DNA from: Candidatus Heimdallarchaeota archaeon
GTDB taxonomy: Archaea > Asgardarchaeota > Heimdallarchaeia > Heimdallarchaeales > Heimdallarchaeaceae
DNA: 64,000 nt
Reading direction: 5' to 3'
NCBI GenBank assembly: GCA_018238545.1
Contig: JABCTC010000009.1
Span: forward strand, 1 to 64,000
A program made the position numbers and the translations under genes. Shown piece by piece: positions 18,689 through 28,937 of this stretch. The notes under the pieces are model-generated. The model did not search any database and was not told where the DNA came from. It was given only the letters and a program-made list of their open reading frames with translations. Position 1 is the first letter of the stretch. Every line of letters begins with the position of its first letter.

Positions 18689-19906
18689 ATGATAAAGCAC
18701 CGTTCCCCATTTTCAATCTTTGCAGGGTTTACTCTTTCTGTGTTAGGGGGACTAATATTCAACGTTGGAGGACTTTTCGCTGGTCGTTCTGCTGTTTTAT
18801 TAAACGATTTAGAAGGTTTTCTTAAATGGGTATTTCTCATTTATCCTTTACTTCTGACAGTGAGAGGAGATATTAATGGGATATTATCAGGAAAATTAGG
18901 TACAGCATTGCATTTGGGTACTATAAAACCAAGTTGGAAAGTAAATACAAGTAGATTTTATGAACTGATGGGTTTAATTTTCTTCTTTTCAATTTTTGAT
19001 GCTATTGTAGTTTCTATAAGTGCAGTAATTCTTAGTGCAATCTTAGGTATTTCTGCTAACTTCCTTGACATATTGGTTATTTCTGTTACAACATTTGCAC
19101 TTGGGGCTATAATTTCTATGATTTTCACTTTTGCTCTAACGTTCTGGATATACAATCGAAAAGGTGATCCAGATGTTTATGTTTACCCAATCATGTCCTC
19201 AATAAATGACATTTTAATTACAGTGATTTTCTTTGGTGCATGTCAGCTTTATCGACCTTGGGAAACTAATTTACAGCTGTATCTAGGCTTGCCAATAATA
19301 TTACTTGTCATTGCTGGAATTGTTTTTTATTTTGTTAAGTTTGGAAATCGAGATTATGTGAAGAGCTCAATAAAACAATCTTTACCAACTTTAACAATTA
19401 CTAATCTGATCGCTTCAGGAACTGGATCAATGTTAGCTTCAGTCCAGCTTATGCTCTTGCAATTTCCTATTTTCCTAATTTTTTACCCTGCGATGATTAG
19501 TACAGTGGGAGGACAAGGAGCCATCTTAGCTAACACAACTTCAACCAAACTTCATTTGGGAACAATAAAACCATCCTTTACTTTCTTTAAATCTAAAAAC
19601 TTTTTATCTTCTTTTGGAAGCATATTTACTGCTGGTTTGTTTCTAAGCCTTCTTTATAGCATACTTGGACCTTTATTATCTCCTGGTGAAATTTCACTCT
19701 CTAAATATGGCATATTTCTACTTGTCTTAATCCTATCAAATGCAGTTGGATTCTTAATAATAGGTGTTCTAGCTACATCATCAGCATTCATAACTTATAG
19801 ATTTGGTTTAGACCCAGACAACTTAGTTAATCCTATATTAAGTTCAAGTGCAGATTTAGTAATGACTTGGTTACTCATCTTATCTTTTGGATTCTTCTTC
19901 CTTTAA
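18689..19906 (+). CDS. MgtE/SLC41-type divalent cation transporter with two MgtE membrane domains
   Basis: RGDINGILSGKLGTALHLG / STKLHLG duplication; GDPD and GLDPDN motifs. Confidence 0.88.
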   Translation: MIKHRSPFSIFAGFTLSVLGGLIFNVGGLFAGRSAVLLNDLEGFLKWVFLIYPLLLTVRGDINGILSGKLGTALHLGTIKPSWKVNTSRFYELMGLIFFFSIFDAIVVSISAVILSAILGISANFLDILVISVTTFALGAIISMIFTFALTFWIYNRKGDPDVYVYPIMSSINDILITVIFFGACQLYRPWETNLQLYLGLPIILLVIAGIVFYFVKFGNRDYVKSSIKQSLPTLTITNLIASGTGSMLASVQLMLLQFPIFLIFYPAMISTVGGQGAILANTTSTKLHLGTIKPSFTFFKSKNFLSSFGSIFTAGLFLSLLYSILGPLLSPGEISLSKYGIFLLVLILSNAVGFLIIGVLATSSAFITYRFGLDPDNLVNPILSSSADLVMTWLLILSFGFFFL

Positions 19907-20233
19907 GTTAGAATCTACTGATGTTTCAAATTCTACCCAGAAGCTGTACTCTTCTGTAACAAAATCTTTCTCTAAAACAACTATTTCAGGTAATTCATAA
20001 GAATGTATTTGCTGTAATGTTTTTACAATTAAATCTCTTCTAGAACTGCTAGTTTTTATGATTAAAACATATTCTTCTGATTTCTCTATATTATCCTTCC
20101 ATCGATAAATACTCTTTACAGGAAAATACTGCACACAAGCTGCTAATCTGTTTTCAACTAGTTTTTGAGCTATATCTTCAGCTTCTTCAATTGATGAAAC
20201 AGATGTTTTCATCTGAATAATCTTCTGACTCAT
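19880..20233 (-). CDS. cutA: Divalent-cation tolerance protein CutA
   Basis: LVENRLAACV, SIYRW, HSYELPEI. Confidence 0.92.
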   Translation of the reverse strand: MSQKIIQMKTSVSSIEEAEDIAQKLVENRLAACVQYFPVKSIYRWKDNIEKSEEYVLIIKTSSSRRDLIVKTLQQIHSYELPEIVVLEKDFVTEEYSFWVEFETSVDSNLKEEESKR

Positions 20234-20277
20234 GTTTGATTCGTACTTGGAACAGTTATTAAATGTTTCACGAAAAA

Positions 20278-21084
20278 CTAATTTTTTAACTTCATGAACA
20301 GCTTTTCTTTATCATTTTTACTGATCAAAATAGATTCTTCTAAGAATTCTATAATCAATTCTTTCTCAGATTTAGATAAAGTTGCTTTTTTCATATTTTG
20401 CAAAAGAAAACTGATCTCCATTGCTTGTTCGGGATAATGCTCAAAGAAATAAATGATAGTAGTATATGTTAGAAAATGCTTCAAAAGACCTATCAAATTC
20501 TTAATTTCATGTTCAGTTTTTTCTGAAACAGGTTTGAGAATTGAGAAGAATTCATGGAACACAAAACTTAGAAAACTATAAAACTCACTTCCATAAGGAA
20601 ATCTTTTTTCTGACATTGATTGTGCAAAATATAGAAAAGAATTCACGTAAAATTCAATTTTTAAGGTAATCAGCATTTGATTATCAAACCTTGGAGAATA
20701 TTGTGGTAGATTTTTTGTAAATTTGTCTATAAAACCTGTAATTTCTTCTAAATCTGCTTGAGAATAAAGATTTATGTTTTCTTTAGTGAAATTTGGGAAA
20801 AGAAAATAAGACACTCGCGATAAGGAAAAAAGAATATTTCTATCATCAGTTACTCGATTATCCGACATATTCTTAGCTGTTATTGCTAAAACGAGTAATC
20901 TTTCAATAGGTTCCTTTAGCTTTGAGATGATTGTTTTCTGATTGCTTGAGCTTGGTGATTCAAGAATATATTCTTCATATTCTCCCTCCTCAATCTGACT
21001 TTCTAACTCTTTACTTAATAAGCTAGTAAATTTATGAATCGGAATGTATGTTCGTATTCTTTCATCTGGATTATATCTTCTCAT
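20278..21084 (-). CDS. Hypothetical helical protein
   Basis: 268-aa ORF 9 bp downstream of the TPR gene. Confidence 0.65.
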   Translation of the reverse strand: MRRYNPDERIRTYIPIHKFTSLLSKELESQIEEGEYEEYILESPSSSNQKTIISKLKEPIERLLVLAITAKNMSDNRVTDDRNILFSLSRVSYFLFPNFTKENINLYSQADLEEITGFIDKFTKNLPQYSPRFDNQMLITLKIEFYVNSFLYFAQSMSEKRFPYGSEFYSFLSFVFHEFFSILKPVSEKTEHEIKNLIGLLKHFLTYTTIIYFFEHYPEQAMEISFLLQNMKKATLSKSEKELIIEFLEESILISKNDKEKLFMKLKN

Positions 21085-21093
21085 TTACTTAAT

Positions 21094-22407
21094 CTACCTC
21101 ATCTGTTTAATGAGTTCAAGAAACTGTCCTATCATCTCTGAATAATTAAGCTCTCCTTTATCTATCATCCAATGATAAATTGCATCAATTTCATTTACTG
21201 AAGTCTTAAAATCTTGTCCATAACCCATCATTGATATCTTGAATGATAACTCAAAAAATTGAGCCATTTTTGCTCTGACAGGATCATTGTATCTCTCGAA
21301 AATATCTTTTATACGAGCTATTTCCTCGGTTAAGTCAAGACTATCTAGAAGCTTACTGTCTTTCATACTAGTGCCTCCTACCATCCCTAAAATCCCCAAA
21401 GTTTTTGCTGAATGGAGTTGGAGTAATGCAGGTAAATATATGAAAAACGTTACTGCTTCATCATATTCCAGATCTTGTGAAATAAAGAATCTTCTTGCTT
21501 TTTCAAAAGAGCTAAAAGATTTCTTTGTATCTCCAGTTGATTGATAGAGACCAGCTAATAATCTCATGATTTTTGCTGACAATTCTTTATTTTCCAAACT
21601 GGTTGCTGTTGATAGTAATCTTTCCCCTTTTTCAATTGCTTCAGAAATAGTTATTTCTTCTGACCTCAACTGGAGTTCAATTCTGTGAGCATTAAACATC
21701 AAAGGATGCATGTCTTCAGGTCGATATCTATTTAGATATTCATCAATAAGTCTTATAGTCTCTTGCGGTTCTTCTACAAATTGTGATAATATTATTTTTT
21801 TCTCAAAAGCTGACCTTTCAAAAGGAGTTGATTCAAAGAATTTGTAAGCTTCCTCTATATTTGAATAAGCTTCCAAAACCTTCCCTTCTTCAGCATCTAT
21901 TTGAGCTTTTAATACTTGTAATTCATAATAATAAGGATCATTTCCGATTTTCTTTGCCTTTGCACGTAGAAACTGAACTGTTTCTCGTGCATCTTCTAAT
22001 TTATGGTATATAATTTGAAGTTGTGCTTTTGTTTGCCAATATCTAAAGAATATTTCTGGACTTGATTCCATCACTACATCTTGATCAAGTTTTTCTAGAT
22101 ATTTTTCGCCTTCTACATAATCACCATAAGCAAAGTAAGCTGTTGCAAGTTCAAGAGTTATTTTATAGTATTCTTCAATCAGGAATCTTTCTTTAGTCTG
22201 CTCTGATAATTCTAAAAGAAGATCAATTGCTTGATTTTTTAGCCCTAAAATGGTGAAACATCTAGCAATTTTCAGCTCTGTACTTCGTAACTCTTCTTCT
22301 TTCCCATCAAGATAAAAAATTTCTCTAGCTTTGAGATACCAATGAAAGGCTTTTTTGAAATTAAATTGAGTGAAAAATTCATCACCTTTATCTCTCTCAG
22401 AGCTCAT
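21094..22407 (-). CDS. TPR-like repeat protein
   Basis: GDEFF..FNFKKAFHWYLKA and LAGLYQSTGD..KS...FEKA repeats. Confidence 0.7.
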   Translation of the reverse strand: MSSERDKGDEFFTQFNFKKAFHWYLKAREIFYLDGKEEELRSTELKIARCFTILGLKNQAIDLLLELSEQTKERFLIEEYYKITLELATAYFAYGDYVEGEKYLEKLDQDVVMESSPEIFFRYWQTKAQLQIIYHKLEDARETVQFLRAKAKKIGNDPYYYELQVLKAQIDAEEGKVLEAYSNIEEAYKFFESTPFERSAFEKKIILSQFVEEPQETIRLIDEYLNRYRPEDMHPLMFNAHRIELQLRSEEITISEAIEKGERLLSTATSLENKELSAKIMRLLAGLYQSTGDTKKSFSSFEKARRFFISQDLEYDEAVTFFIYLPALLQLHSAKTLGILGMVGGTSMKDSKLLDSLDLTEEIARIKDIFERYNDPVRAKMAQFFELSFKISMMGYGQDFKTSVNEIDAIYHWMIDKGELNYSEMIGQFLELIKQMR

Positions 22408-22560
22408 AATTTAGCTTCCAATTATCTTATAGGTGTTTCTTCTATTTAAACCCTTAAAAAGCTGTTTTTTGTTCGAAATCAAAAATGTTCTGTTGTTAGT
22501 AAATGAAATATCACTAGCGGATATGAAATAAAATATAAACTTAAAAACCAAATTCAAACA

Positions 22561-23385
22561 ATGAACGACTTCTCTCAATATATGCTTCAAGCAAGAAAAG
22601 ATGTTGAAAGCTGTATAGAAATATGGACGGGTATCTTCGAAGAAAACTATAATGAAAAAATTGAATATATGTATTCTAAAGGGTCTGCAACTAAGGAATG
22701 GGAAAGTCTAATAGACTATGTTCCTATCATTAGTGATGTTGATATACATATTAAAATTCACGATGATGTAACTCTTTTTGATGATTTAACTGATGCTTTT
22801 ATCAGCTCAATAGGAGTCTCACAAACCTATGAAGATCTATTTGTAGAGAAGAACCCTAATCATCTTCATATCCCACGAACACAGATAGTAAATATCAGTG
22901 ACATAAAGAATTCAGAATCGTTCATTTTCCCAAAAATAGAAAACGTTAGAGTTTTGATGGGAAAATACCCTAAATTTGAGGAGAAGTCTACAGATTTTAT
23001 TAGAAGAATTGATCGTTTTAATTTGATTGAACAAGAAGATTTTCTCGCAACACTTCCTAAAACTATTATTGATCGTACTGGTCTTGACCTTTGGACTTTG
23101 ATTAGGAGGATGGTTTGGAGAGTATCGCCTACTCCAATAAGACTACTTAGTCAAACTCATGAAGAACCTTTGGATCTATGGAAAATGAATAGAACCACTT
23201 TAGTGGAAGTTTTAGAGGATAAAGGATATGAGCAAATTGCCGAGAATTATCAGGATTATTATTATGAAGGTTGGATGGTCTTTTTGGAAGGTTTCAGTAG
23301 TTCTGATAACATGCGCAGAATTATATCTTTAGGTTTTGAAATCATAAAAGACTGTATAGATGAAGTGAAAAAAATAGGTGTTTAA
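22561..23385 (+). CDS. Nucleotidyltransferase-fold protein
   Basis: KGSA...SDVDIH (GS...DxD signature). Confidence 0.55.
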   Translation: MNDFSQYMLQARKDVESCIEIWTGIFEENYNEKIEYMYSKGSATKEWESLIDYVPIISDVDIHIKIHDDVTLFDDLTDAFISSIGVSQTYEDLFVEKNPNHLHIPRTQIVNISDIKNSESFIFPKIENVRVLMGKYPKFEEKSTDFIRRIDRFNLIEQEDFLATLPKTIIDRTGLDLWTLIRRMVWRVSPTPIRLLSQTHEEPLDLWKMNRTTLVEVLEDKGYEQIAENYQDYYYEGWMVFLEGFSSSDNMRRIISLGFEIIKDCIDEVKKIGV

Positions 23386-23906
23386 ACAATGTCAAGTTGA
23401 ATGAATTCAATCAACTTTGCTAGATTAATGAATTCTTCTGTACCTATAATTCCTTGGTGTTTTTTGTGGTCATATCCAAAAATGTTCTTTGCATCACGAA
23501 AATTGTTGAACCAATACTCTAAATGTTGCAATTTTGCAGCTTCATCTTGAATAAGAGTTGCTTTCACATCAAATTTTCTAAAACCTTTTTGAATTGTAAA
23601 TATGTGATTTTCGGTTTCTAAAATATTTTTTAACCAATCAGCTTTCATTCCTCTTGGACTATAGAGTGTGAGTTTATCAGTATAGAATCGTCGACAAAGA
23701 ACAGGTTTTATTCTTCTCTTACCAGTTTTTCGCCCAATAGTTTGAATTAAAATCATTACTCTTCCTAAGCCAAAAAGAGGAAGAAGATATATTCTATACA
23801 AGAAAATGAAAAAGCGATTTAGTCTCCTTTCAAATTTAGTGAAAGTAGTTTTTCTTTCTTGATGCCTATAAACAATAGATCCTTCAGAAGGAAGTGTATT
23901 AACCAT
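23382..23906 (-). CDS. Deazaflavin (F420)-dependent nitroreductase/DDN-family protein
   Basis: LIQTIGRKTGKRR..PV; ADWLKNI. Confidence 0.75.
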   Translation of the reverse strand: MVNTLPSEGSIVYRHQERKTTFTKFERRLNRFFIFLYRIYLLPLFGLGRVMILIQTIGRKTGKRRIKPVLCRRFYTDKLTLYSPRGMKADWLKNILETENHIFTIQKGFRKFDVKATLIQDEAAKLQHLEYWFNNFRDAKNIFGYDHKKHQGIIGTEEFINLAKLIEFIQLDIV

Positions 23907-23958
23907 TAAGAACTATCTATAATGCTCTTACTTATATTTTGTGAATTTGGTATTGAAA

Positions 23959-24870
23959 TTAGAATCTATGCACTTGCGCTTTAAGTCCTAATTCATCTAC
24001 ACACTTTTTCATTTCCTTTTCAGTTAACTGTCTATTTAATCCAGAATATGCAGTTACAGCTGCTTCTAGAACATTGGTCCCAAATGATCTACCTTGGACT
24101 CTTGGTGTTGTTGTTATTACAGCTGCTACACCTCTATCTTTCAAACTGTCAATGTCCTCAGCAGTAGTTGTATTGGTTAAGATTATCTTGTTATCCAAAT
24201 TATCTGGTGCATACTTTTTTGTGTATAGATAATCTCCAGCGATCACTGTTGCTCTCTCATAGAATTTTTTATACTTGGGTTTTCTTACATCTTGACTAGA
24301 ACCAGTTGGATATATCCAGCTCATAGGCATTCTTCTAACAAATGGTAAAACAATACTTGCTAGCAAAGGAACTTTATCTAATCCTTTCACTGCAATAGGT
24401 AGACCTAATCCGAACATGAAATCACCACAGGTTATTTCTAGTCCAACATCAGCTAATGAACAAGCCATCTCCCACCTGTCGACTGCAGTAGACATAAAAG
24501 CGGTTTTGGGTTCATCTTCAAAAATATCTTTTATTTGATCATATGATTCTTGCATTGAGATTCTTTCAATAGTTTTTTTGATACCAGTTCCATCAACAAT
24601 AGGTGTTTTTTTGATACCAGAAATCAACCTATCAGCTTGTTTTACTCGGTATACTTTATCGCCCGTATGAAAAGCAAACATAAAACCTCCTGCACCAAAG
24701 CAATCAACTGTTCCATCTAATTCTTCAAATCGCTGCTTACACAGTTTTGCATCCCCATCAACACCCTCTCTACTCATCTCAATCTTTTCATTACCTAATT
24801 GCAAAATTCCCTTGTGATCTCTAGAACTACTTCCAAGAGATACTGAAATTACTTTCTTCATAATTACCAC
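23959..24870 (-). CDS. 'Quinate 5-dehydrogenase'-annotated family protein of unknown function (paralogue 1)
   Basis: VISVSLGSSSRDH, TPIVDG.G.K.T.ER, WIYPTG, IAGD, TNTT, SFGTNVLEA. Confidence 0.75.
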   Translation of the reverse strand: MVIMKKVISVSLGSSSRDHKGILQLGNEKIEMSREGVDGDAKLCKQRFEELDGTVDCFGAGGFMFAFHTGDKVYRVKQADRLISGIKKTPIVDGTGIKKTIERISMQESYDQIKDIFEDEPKTAFMSTAVDRWEMACSLADVGLEITCGDFMFGLGLPIAVKGLDKVPLLASIVLPFVRRMPMSWIYPTGSSQDVRKPKYKKFYERATVIAGDYLYTKKYAPDNLDNKIILTNTTTAEDIDSLKDRGVAAVITTTPRVQGRSFGTNVLEAAVTAYSGLNRQLTEKEMKKCVDELGLKAQVHRF

Positions 24871-24970
24871 AAATTATTGTCAATCTTCAGAATCAAATTT
24901 AAAAGCTTCAATACTTGCTTATATAGTATTAGCTGAAAAGTAACGATTTTAGATGAGATTAGGCTAATTA

Positions 24971-25621
24971 TCACTTGAATCTGCTTATCAATTCAGTTGG
25001 ATGAATTTCAAAAAGTTGTTCAAAGTATTTTTCTGGAATACCAGCTCCTCTTGCAGTTGCTTTAGCTTTTTTCACAGAGAGGAAATCTCGGGGGGTATGA
25101 AAATCTGAGTTTACTATCAACTTAGCTCCAGCCTCTAAAGCAAATCTAGCAACTCTCCCATTGCCTAAATCATGTCCTCCTCTTGTAGTTATCTCCAGAT
25201 AAACATCATTCTCTTTTGCAGCTTCTGCCTCCTCAAAGGATAAGTTTCCTGGATGAGCTAAAATATCTACATCTGGACATGAAACAGCTGTTAAATTGGT
25301 TCCTTCTGCTACTGGTTCAACAATAGTTTCTCCATGAATAACAACCAAACAATTCCTATCTTTAGCTTTCTTTGCAAGAATAGGAATACGGTAAGGAGGT
25401 ACATGAGTTATTTCCACTCCAGGAATAAAAATTATTTCATCTCGAAAATCTTCTTTTAAGCTAATTAAACTGTTGAGAATAAAATCGATATTAGAAGAAT
25501 CAACATGATCAGTTATTGCCATAGCATAGAACCCATTAACAATAAACCTACGTATTTGCTCTGCTGGGGGGAGAACTCCATCAGATAAGAACGTATGTGT
25601 ATGGAAATCAGTTAATTTCAT
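24971..25621 (-). CDS. PHP-domain phosphoesterase (histidinol-phosphatase-like)
   Basis: DFHTHTFLSDG, ITDH, GVEITH, HGETIVEPV, ILAHPG, NSDFH. Confidence 0.88.
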   Translation of the reverse strand: MKLTDFHTHTFLSDGVLPPAEQIRRFIVNGFYAMAITDHVDSSNIDFILNSLISLKEDFRDEIIFIPGVEITHVPPYRIPILAKKAKDRNCLVVIHGETIVEPVAEGTNLTAVSCPDVDILAHPGNLSFEEAEAAKENDVYLEITTRGGHDLGNGRVARFALEAGAKLIVNSDFHTPRDFLSVKKAKATARGAGIPEKYFEQLFEIHPTELISRFK

Positions 25622-25718
25622 GTGAAAACAAAATTTTATAGATTTAAGAAATTTATGCTAATAGAAACAATTCTTACCCAAAATATTAATTTGTTTTTTT
25701 GAAAAATAGGTGAAGAGC

Positions 25719-27503
25719 TTATCTAAGTAGCTCCTCCAATTTGTCTATTTGACTTGTAAGATAGTTTATACCTTTTTGCCAGAAAGTTGGATCATTCAAG
25801 TCAACACCAATTTCAGCTAGCATTTGCTCAGGGGTTAAGGAAGTACCTACAGAAAGCAGTTTGACAAATTTTGGTTTGAACTCATCTTTCTCTTCTAGAT
25901 ACATCTGATAAAGCGCAATCACAAGCAAGTTTGCCATATTATAGGCATAGACATAGAACGGAACATGTATGAAATGAGATACAACAAAGCAATAAATTTC
26001 ATAATCTTCCTTGATATTACTTACAGAATTACCGAACATTTTTTCCATTTCTTTAACATAGATCTCTTTGTAATCTTGTGTAGAAGGTAGTTTTGTTTTC
26101 ATTAATTCATGTACCCTTTTTTCAAATTGATAGAAAGCATTTTGTCTATGAGATGTAGAAAAGTTACCTTCTATGTGATTACACAATAAAGCTATCTTTT
26201 CATCTTTAGACAGGTCTTGTTCCATTAGGTAATCGAAGGCTAAAATCTCATTAAAGACTGAAGCTATTTCTGCTACAGCAAGAGATGATCCAATATTAGT
26301 GAAAGTTTGATTCTGTTGAATATGATAGTGGTGTAGAGCATGTCCAAGTTCATGAGCAAGAGTAAGTACAGATTCAATATCTCCTGTGAAATTTACGAAT
26401 ACAAAAGGATACTGTATTTGTTTTCCATAACTACAGAAAGCTCCTCCTGTCTTCCCTTTTCTTGGTGTAACGTCTATATGTTTGATTTCGTACATTTTCT
26501 GTATAATGTCTTTGAATTCTGGTAAAAATCTTTCATTGACTTCCTTTACTAATTCAATTGCTTCCTCGTAGGTATATTTCTTCTTTACATCGCCTACAGG
26601 TGCATAAATATCAGACATTCGAAATTCGTCTAGATCTATTACTTTCTTTTTCAAATTATAGTATCGTTCAACAATTGAATTGCTATCTGAGGTAACATCT
26701 CCTAATGTTTCAACTATTTTATCACTTATCTCATTATCAAAATTCCTTCTTGAAATGGGTTTTTTATAATTCTTCCTTTTTGTTTCGAGATCCCAATCTT
26801 TCAGAACATTGTTGTAAATATGAGTGAATATTAGTTCATTTTCTTTGTATTTAGAAACAAAAGTTTGAAGAGCTCGAAACCTTACATCTTTATCCTTATG
26901 ATACATGAAAGCAAAGAGTTCAGAACCAGTCATCTCTTTCTTTTTTCCATCTACCTCAAATTCGTACATGAATCCACTTTGTATTTCATCGTAAAGTTTT
27001 GTGAAGCCTCCACTACCAGTTAGGTCTTTCATCAGAATGATTTGTTCTTCTTTTTCTGAAAGCTGATGTTCTTTCTTTAATCTATTGAATTCTAAAGCAT
27101 GACGATAATTAGATAATTCTGCTGAGTTTACGAATTCTTGATATTTCTTTTCTGAAATTAAATTAAGTTCAAGTTCAAAAAAGATGACAGTCTCTCTTAT
27201 TTTAACTGCGAATTCTTCTATTTTTGATTTTAAATTTTTAACACTATCATCTAAAGAAGTAGTTGAATAAATCAATCCTGAGAATAAACTTAGGTAAAAC
27301 ATTCTCTCTGATATTTCTTCTAATGCAATATACCATTTGTTCAATTGTTCTGGTTTAAGGGATGCATCTATCAGATTACCCTTTACTTCAGAATTGAACT
27401 CTTTAGCAAGTATTTGTATATTTTTCATATCTTCTGCGATTTTTGGGTCATCAATTCCTTTGTATAAATTTGATAGGTCCCATGCTATAATTTGTTTAGA
27501 CAT
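25719..27503 (-). CDS. pepF: M3B oligoendopeptidase F
   Basis: WDLSNLY, GK.GGAFC, TLAHELGHALH, AEIASVFNE, HF.HVPFYVYAY. Confidence 0.92.
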   Translation of the reverse strand: MSKQIIAWDLSNLYKGIDDPKIAEDMKNIQILAKEFNSEVKGNLIDASLKPEQLNKWYIALEEISERMFYLSLFSGLIYSTTSLDDSVKNLKSKIEEFAVKIRETVIFFELELNLISEKKYQEFVNSAELSNYRHALEFNRLKKEHQLSEKEEQIILMKDLTGSGGFTKLYDEIQSGFMYEFEVDGKKKEMTGSELFAFMYHKDKDVRFRALQTFVSKYKENELIFTHIYNNVLKDWDLETKRKNYKKPISRRNFDNEISDKIVETLGDVTSDSNSIVERYYNLKKKVIDLDEFRMSDIYAPVGDVKKKYTYEEAIELVKEVNERFLPEFKDIIQKMYEIKHIDVTPRKGKTGGAFCSYGKQIQYPFVFVNFTGDIESVLTLAHELGHALHHYHIQQNQTFTNIGSSLAVAEIASVFNEILAFDYLMEQDLSKDEKIALLCNHIEGNFSTSHRQNAFYQFEKRVHELMKTKLPSTQDYKEIYVKEMEKMFGNSVSNIKEDYEIYCFVVSHFIHVPFYVYAYNMANLLVIALYQMYLEEKDEFKPKFVKLLSVGTSLTPEQMLAEIGVDLNDPTFWQKGINYLTSQIDKLEELLR

Positions 27504-27575
27504 AAACTACATAGAATGAATAATGTTTAAGAATTTTAAGATTAAACATAAAAAGAGAAGAAGAAAAGAAATTAA

Positions 27576-28937
27576 TTAAGAAGTAGCTGCAGTTATGTTA
27601 ATATCTTCTAGCAAAACAGCAGGTATAAATGTTGGAATACTTACTTCCCAACTTTTTATTTGCTTTAAATCCTTACCTAATGCTTTAATGTTACCAAAAA
27701 TATTGAACATTGTATCGCTTATTCTTAATTCTCTAACAGGTTTGGAAATCTCTCCATTCTCAATCAAAAACATTCCATCTCTAGGAATGGTTGAGAATAT
27801 TCCATCAGCATAACTAGTAAATCTTGTATACCAATTATTGGTAAGATAAATAGTTGGTTTATCTTTGGACATTTCCATTAATTCTTCAAATGAATAGTCT
27901 CCAGGTTCAAAGAATATATTGGTATTTTGTGGAAAAACAAGCCCTGCATTTCCAGTACTTACTGTCCCTGCTTTTTTGGCTGTTGATGTATTATGGATGA
28001 AACCCTTCAAAATACCGTTTTCTACCAATACGTTTCTCCCTGTTGGATGTCCTTCATCATCAAATGATTTTGATCCTAGACCATTTGGTAAGAGGGCATC
28101 GTCATAAACTGATACGAATTCAGGAGCAATTTGTTCTCCGATTTTATCTTTCAACCATGAAAATCCTATCTCTACAGAAAATGGATTGGCGGCTACAGGT
28201 GTTGCTGCAACTATGTCCCCAGCGACCTTTGGAGCTAGAATAATATTGTATTTTCCAGGTGATCCACTTACTCCTCCTACTGACATTTTAGCAATTTTAC
28301 CTGCTTTTCTTCCAGCTTTTTCTAAATCAATTCTTGAGGATAATCGACCAACATCTATTTCTGCACCTGAACTAGTAGCATCAACAAATGAACGAATAGT
28401 GTATTCATATTTGGTCGAATGTGCTTCTGCTCTGGCTCCTCTTGAAGAAATAAGTTGAACTTTTGTTGCATCCCAATATAGTACTCCTGCAGATCTTTTC
28501 GCTCCTTCTTCTTGAGCAGCATTAATTGAAGCTGCCACTTTGTCAAGAGCTTTTTCGTGAAAATCTATTAGATCAGGATCGCTCAATTCATCAATAGATG
28601 GGTAACTAAACGGACCATCTGATATACCCATATAATTCTGATTTGGAGGAAGTGAAGAGACAAGTTTATCCAGAGAATCAATAGATGATAAAATTGTTTC
28701 AGAGGTTAAGTCTTGAAGTTCAACAGCAACAGTTTTTTGATTTTTGACAGCAAAAACTCCTAAATCCATAGATGCCCAATTCTTGACAATCGTTATTTGA
28801 TTATCAGCAAATCTAATTTGGGATTTATTGCTTTTTTCTGTATGTAAAATATAATCTTCAAAACCTAATTCTTGGAGTTTCTTTATTGTTAAATCTATAA
28901 CATTTTCAGTATCTAGTTTATCTATCATAATTCTCAC
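27576..28937 (-). CDS. pmbA: TldE/PmbA family protein
   Basis: QIRFADNQI, FDDEG, STGNAG; no HExxxH; overlaps tldD. Confidence 0.88.
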   Translation of the reverse strand: MRIMIDKLDTENVIDLTIKKLQELGFEDYILHTEKSNKSQIRFADNQITIVKNWASMDLGVFAVKNQKTVAVELQDLTSETILSSIDSLDKLVSSLPPNQNYMGISDGPFSYPSIDELSDPDLIDFHEKALDKVAASINAAQEEGAKRSAGVLYWDATKVQLISSRGARAEAHSTKYEYTIRSFVDATSSGAEIDVGRLSSRIDLEKAGRKAGKIAKMSVGGVSGSPGKYNIILAPKVAGDIVAATPVAANPFSVEIGFSWLKDKIGEQIAPEFVSVYDDALLPNGLGSKSFDDEGHPTGRNVLVENGILKGFIHNTSTAKKAGTVSTGNAGLVFPQNTNIFFEPGDYSFEELMEMSKDKPTIYLTNNWYTRFTSYADGIFSTIPRDGMFLIENGEISKPVRELRISDTMFNIFGNIKALGKDLKQIKSWEVSIPTFIPAVLLEDINITAATS

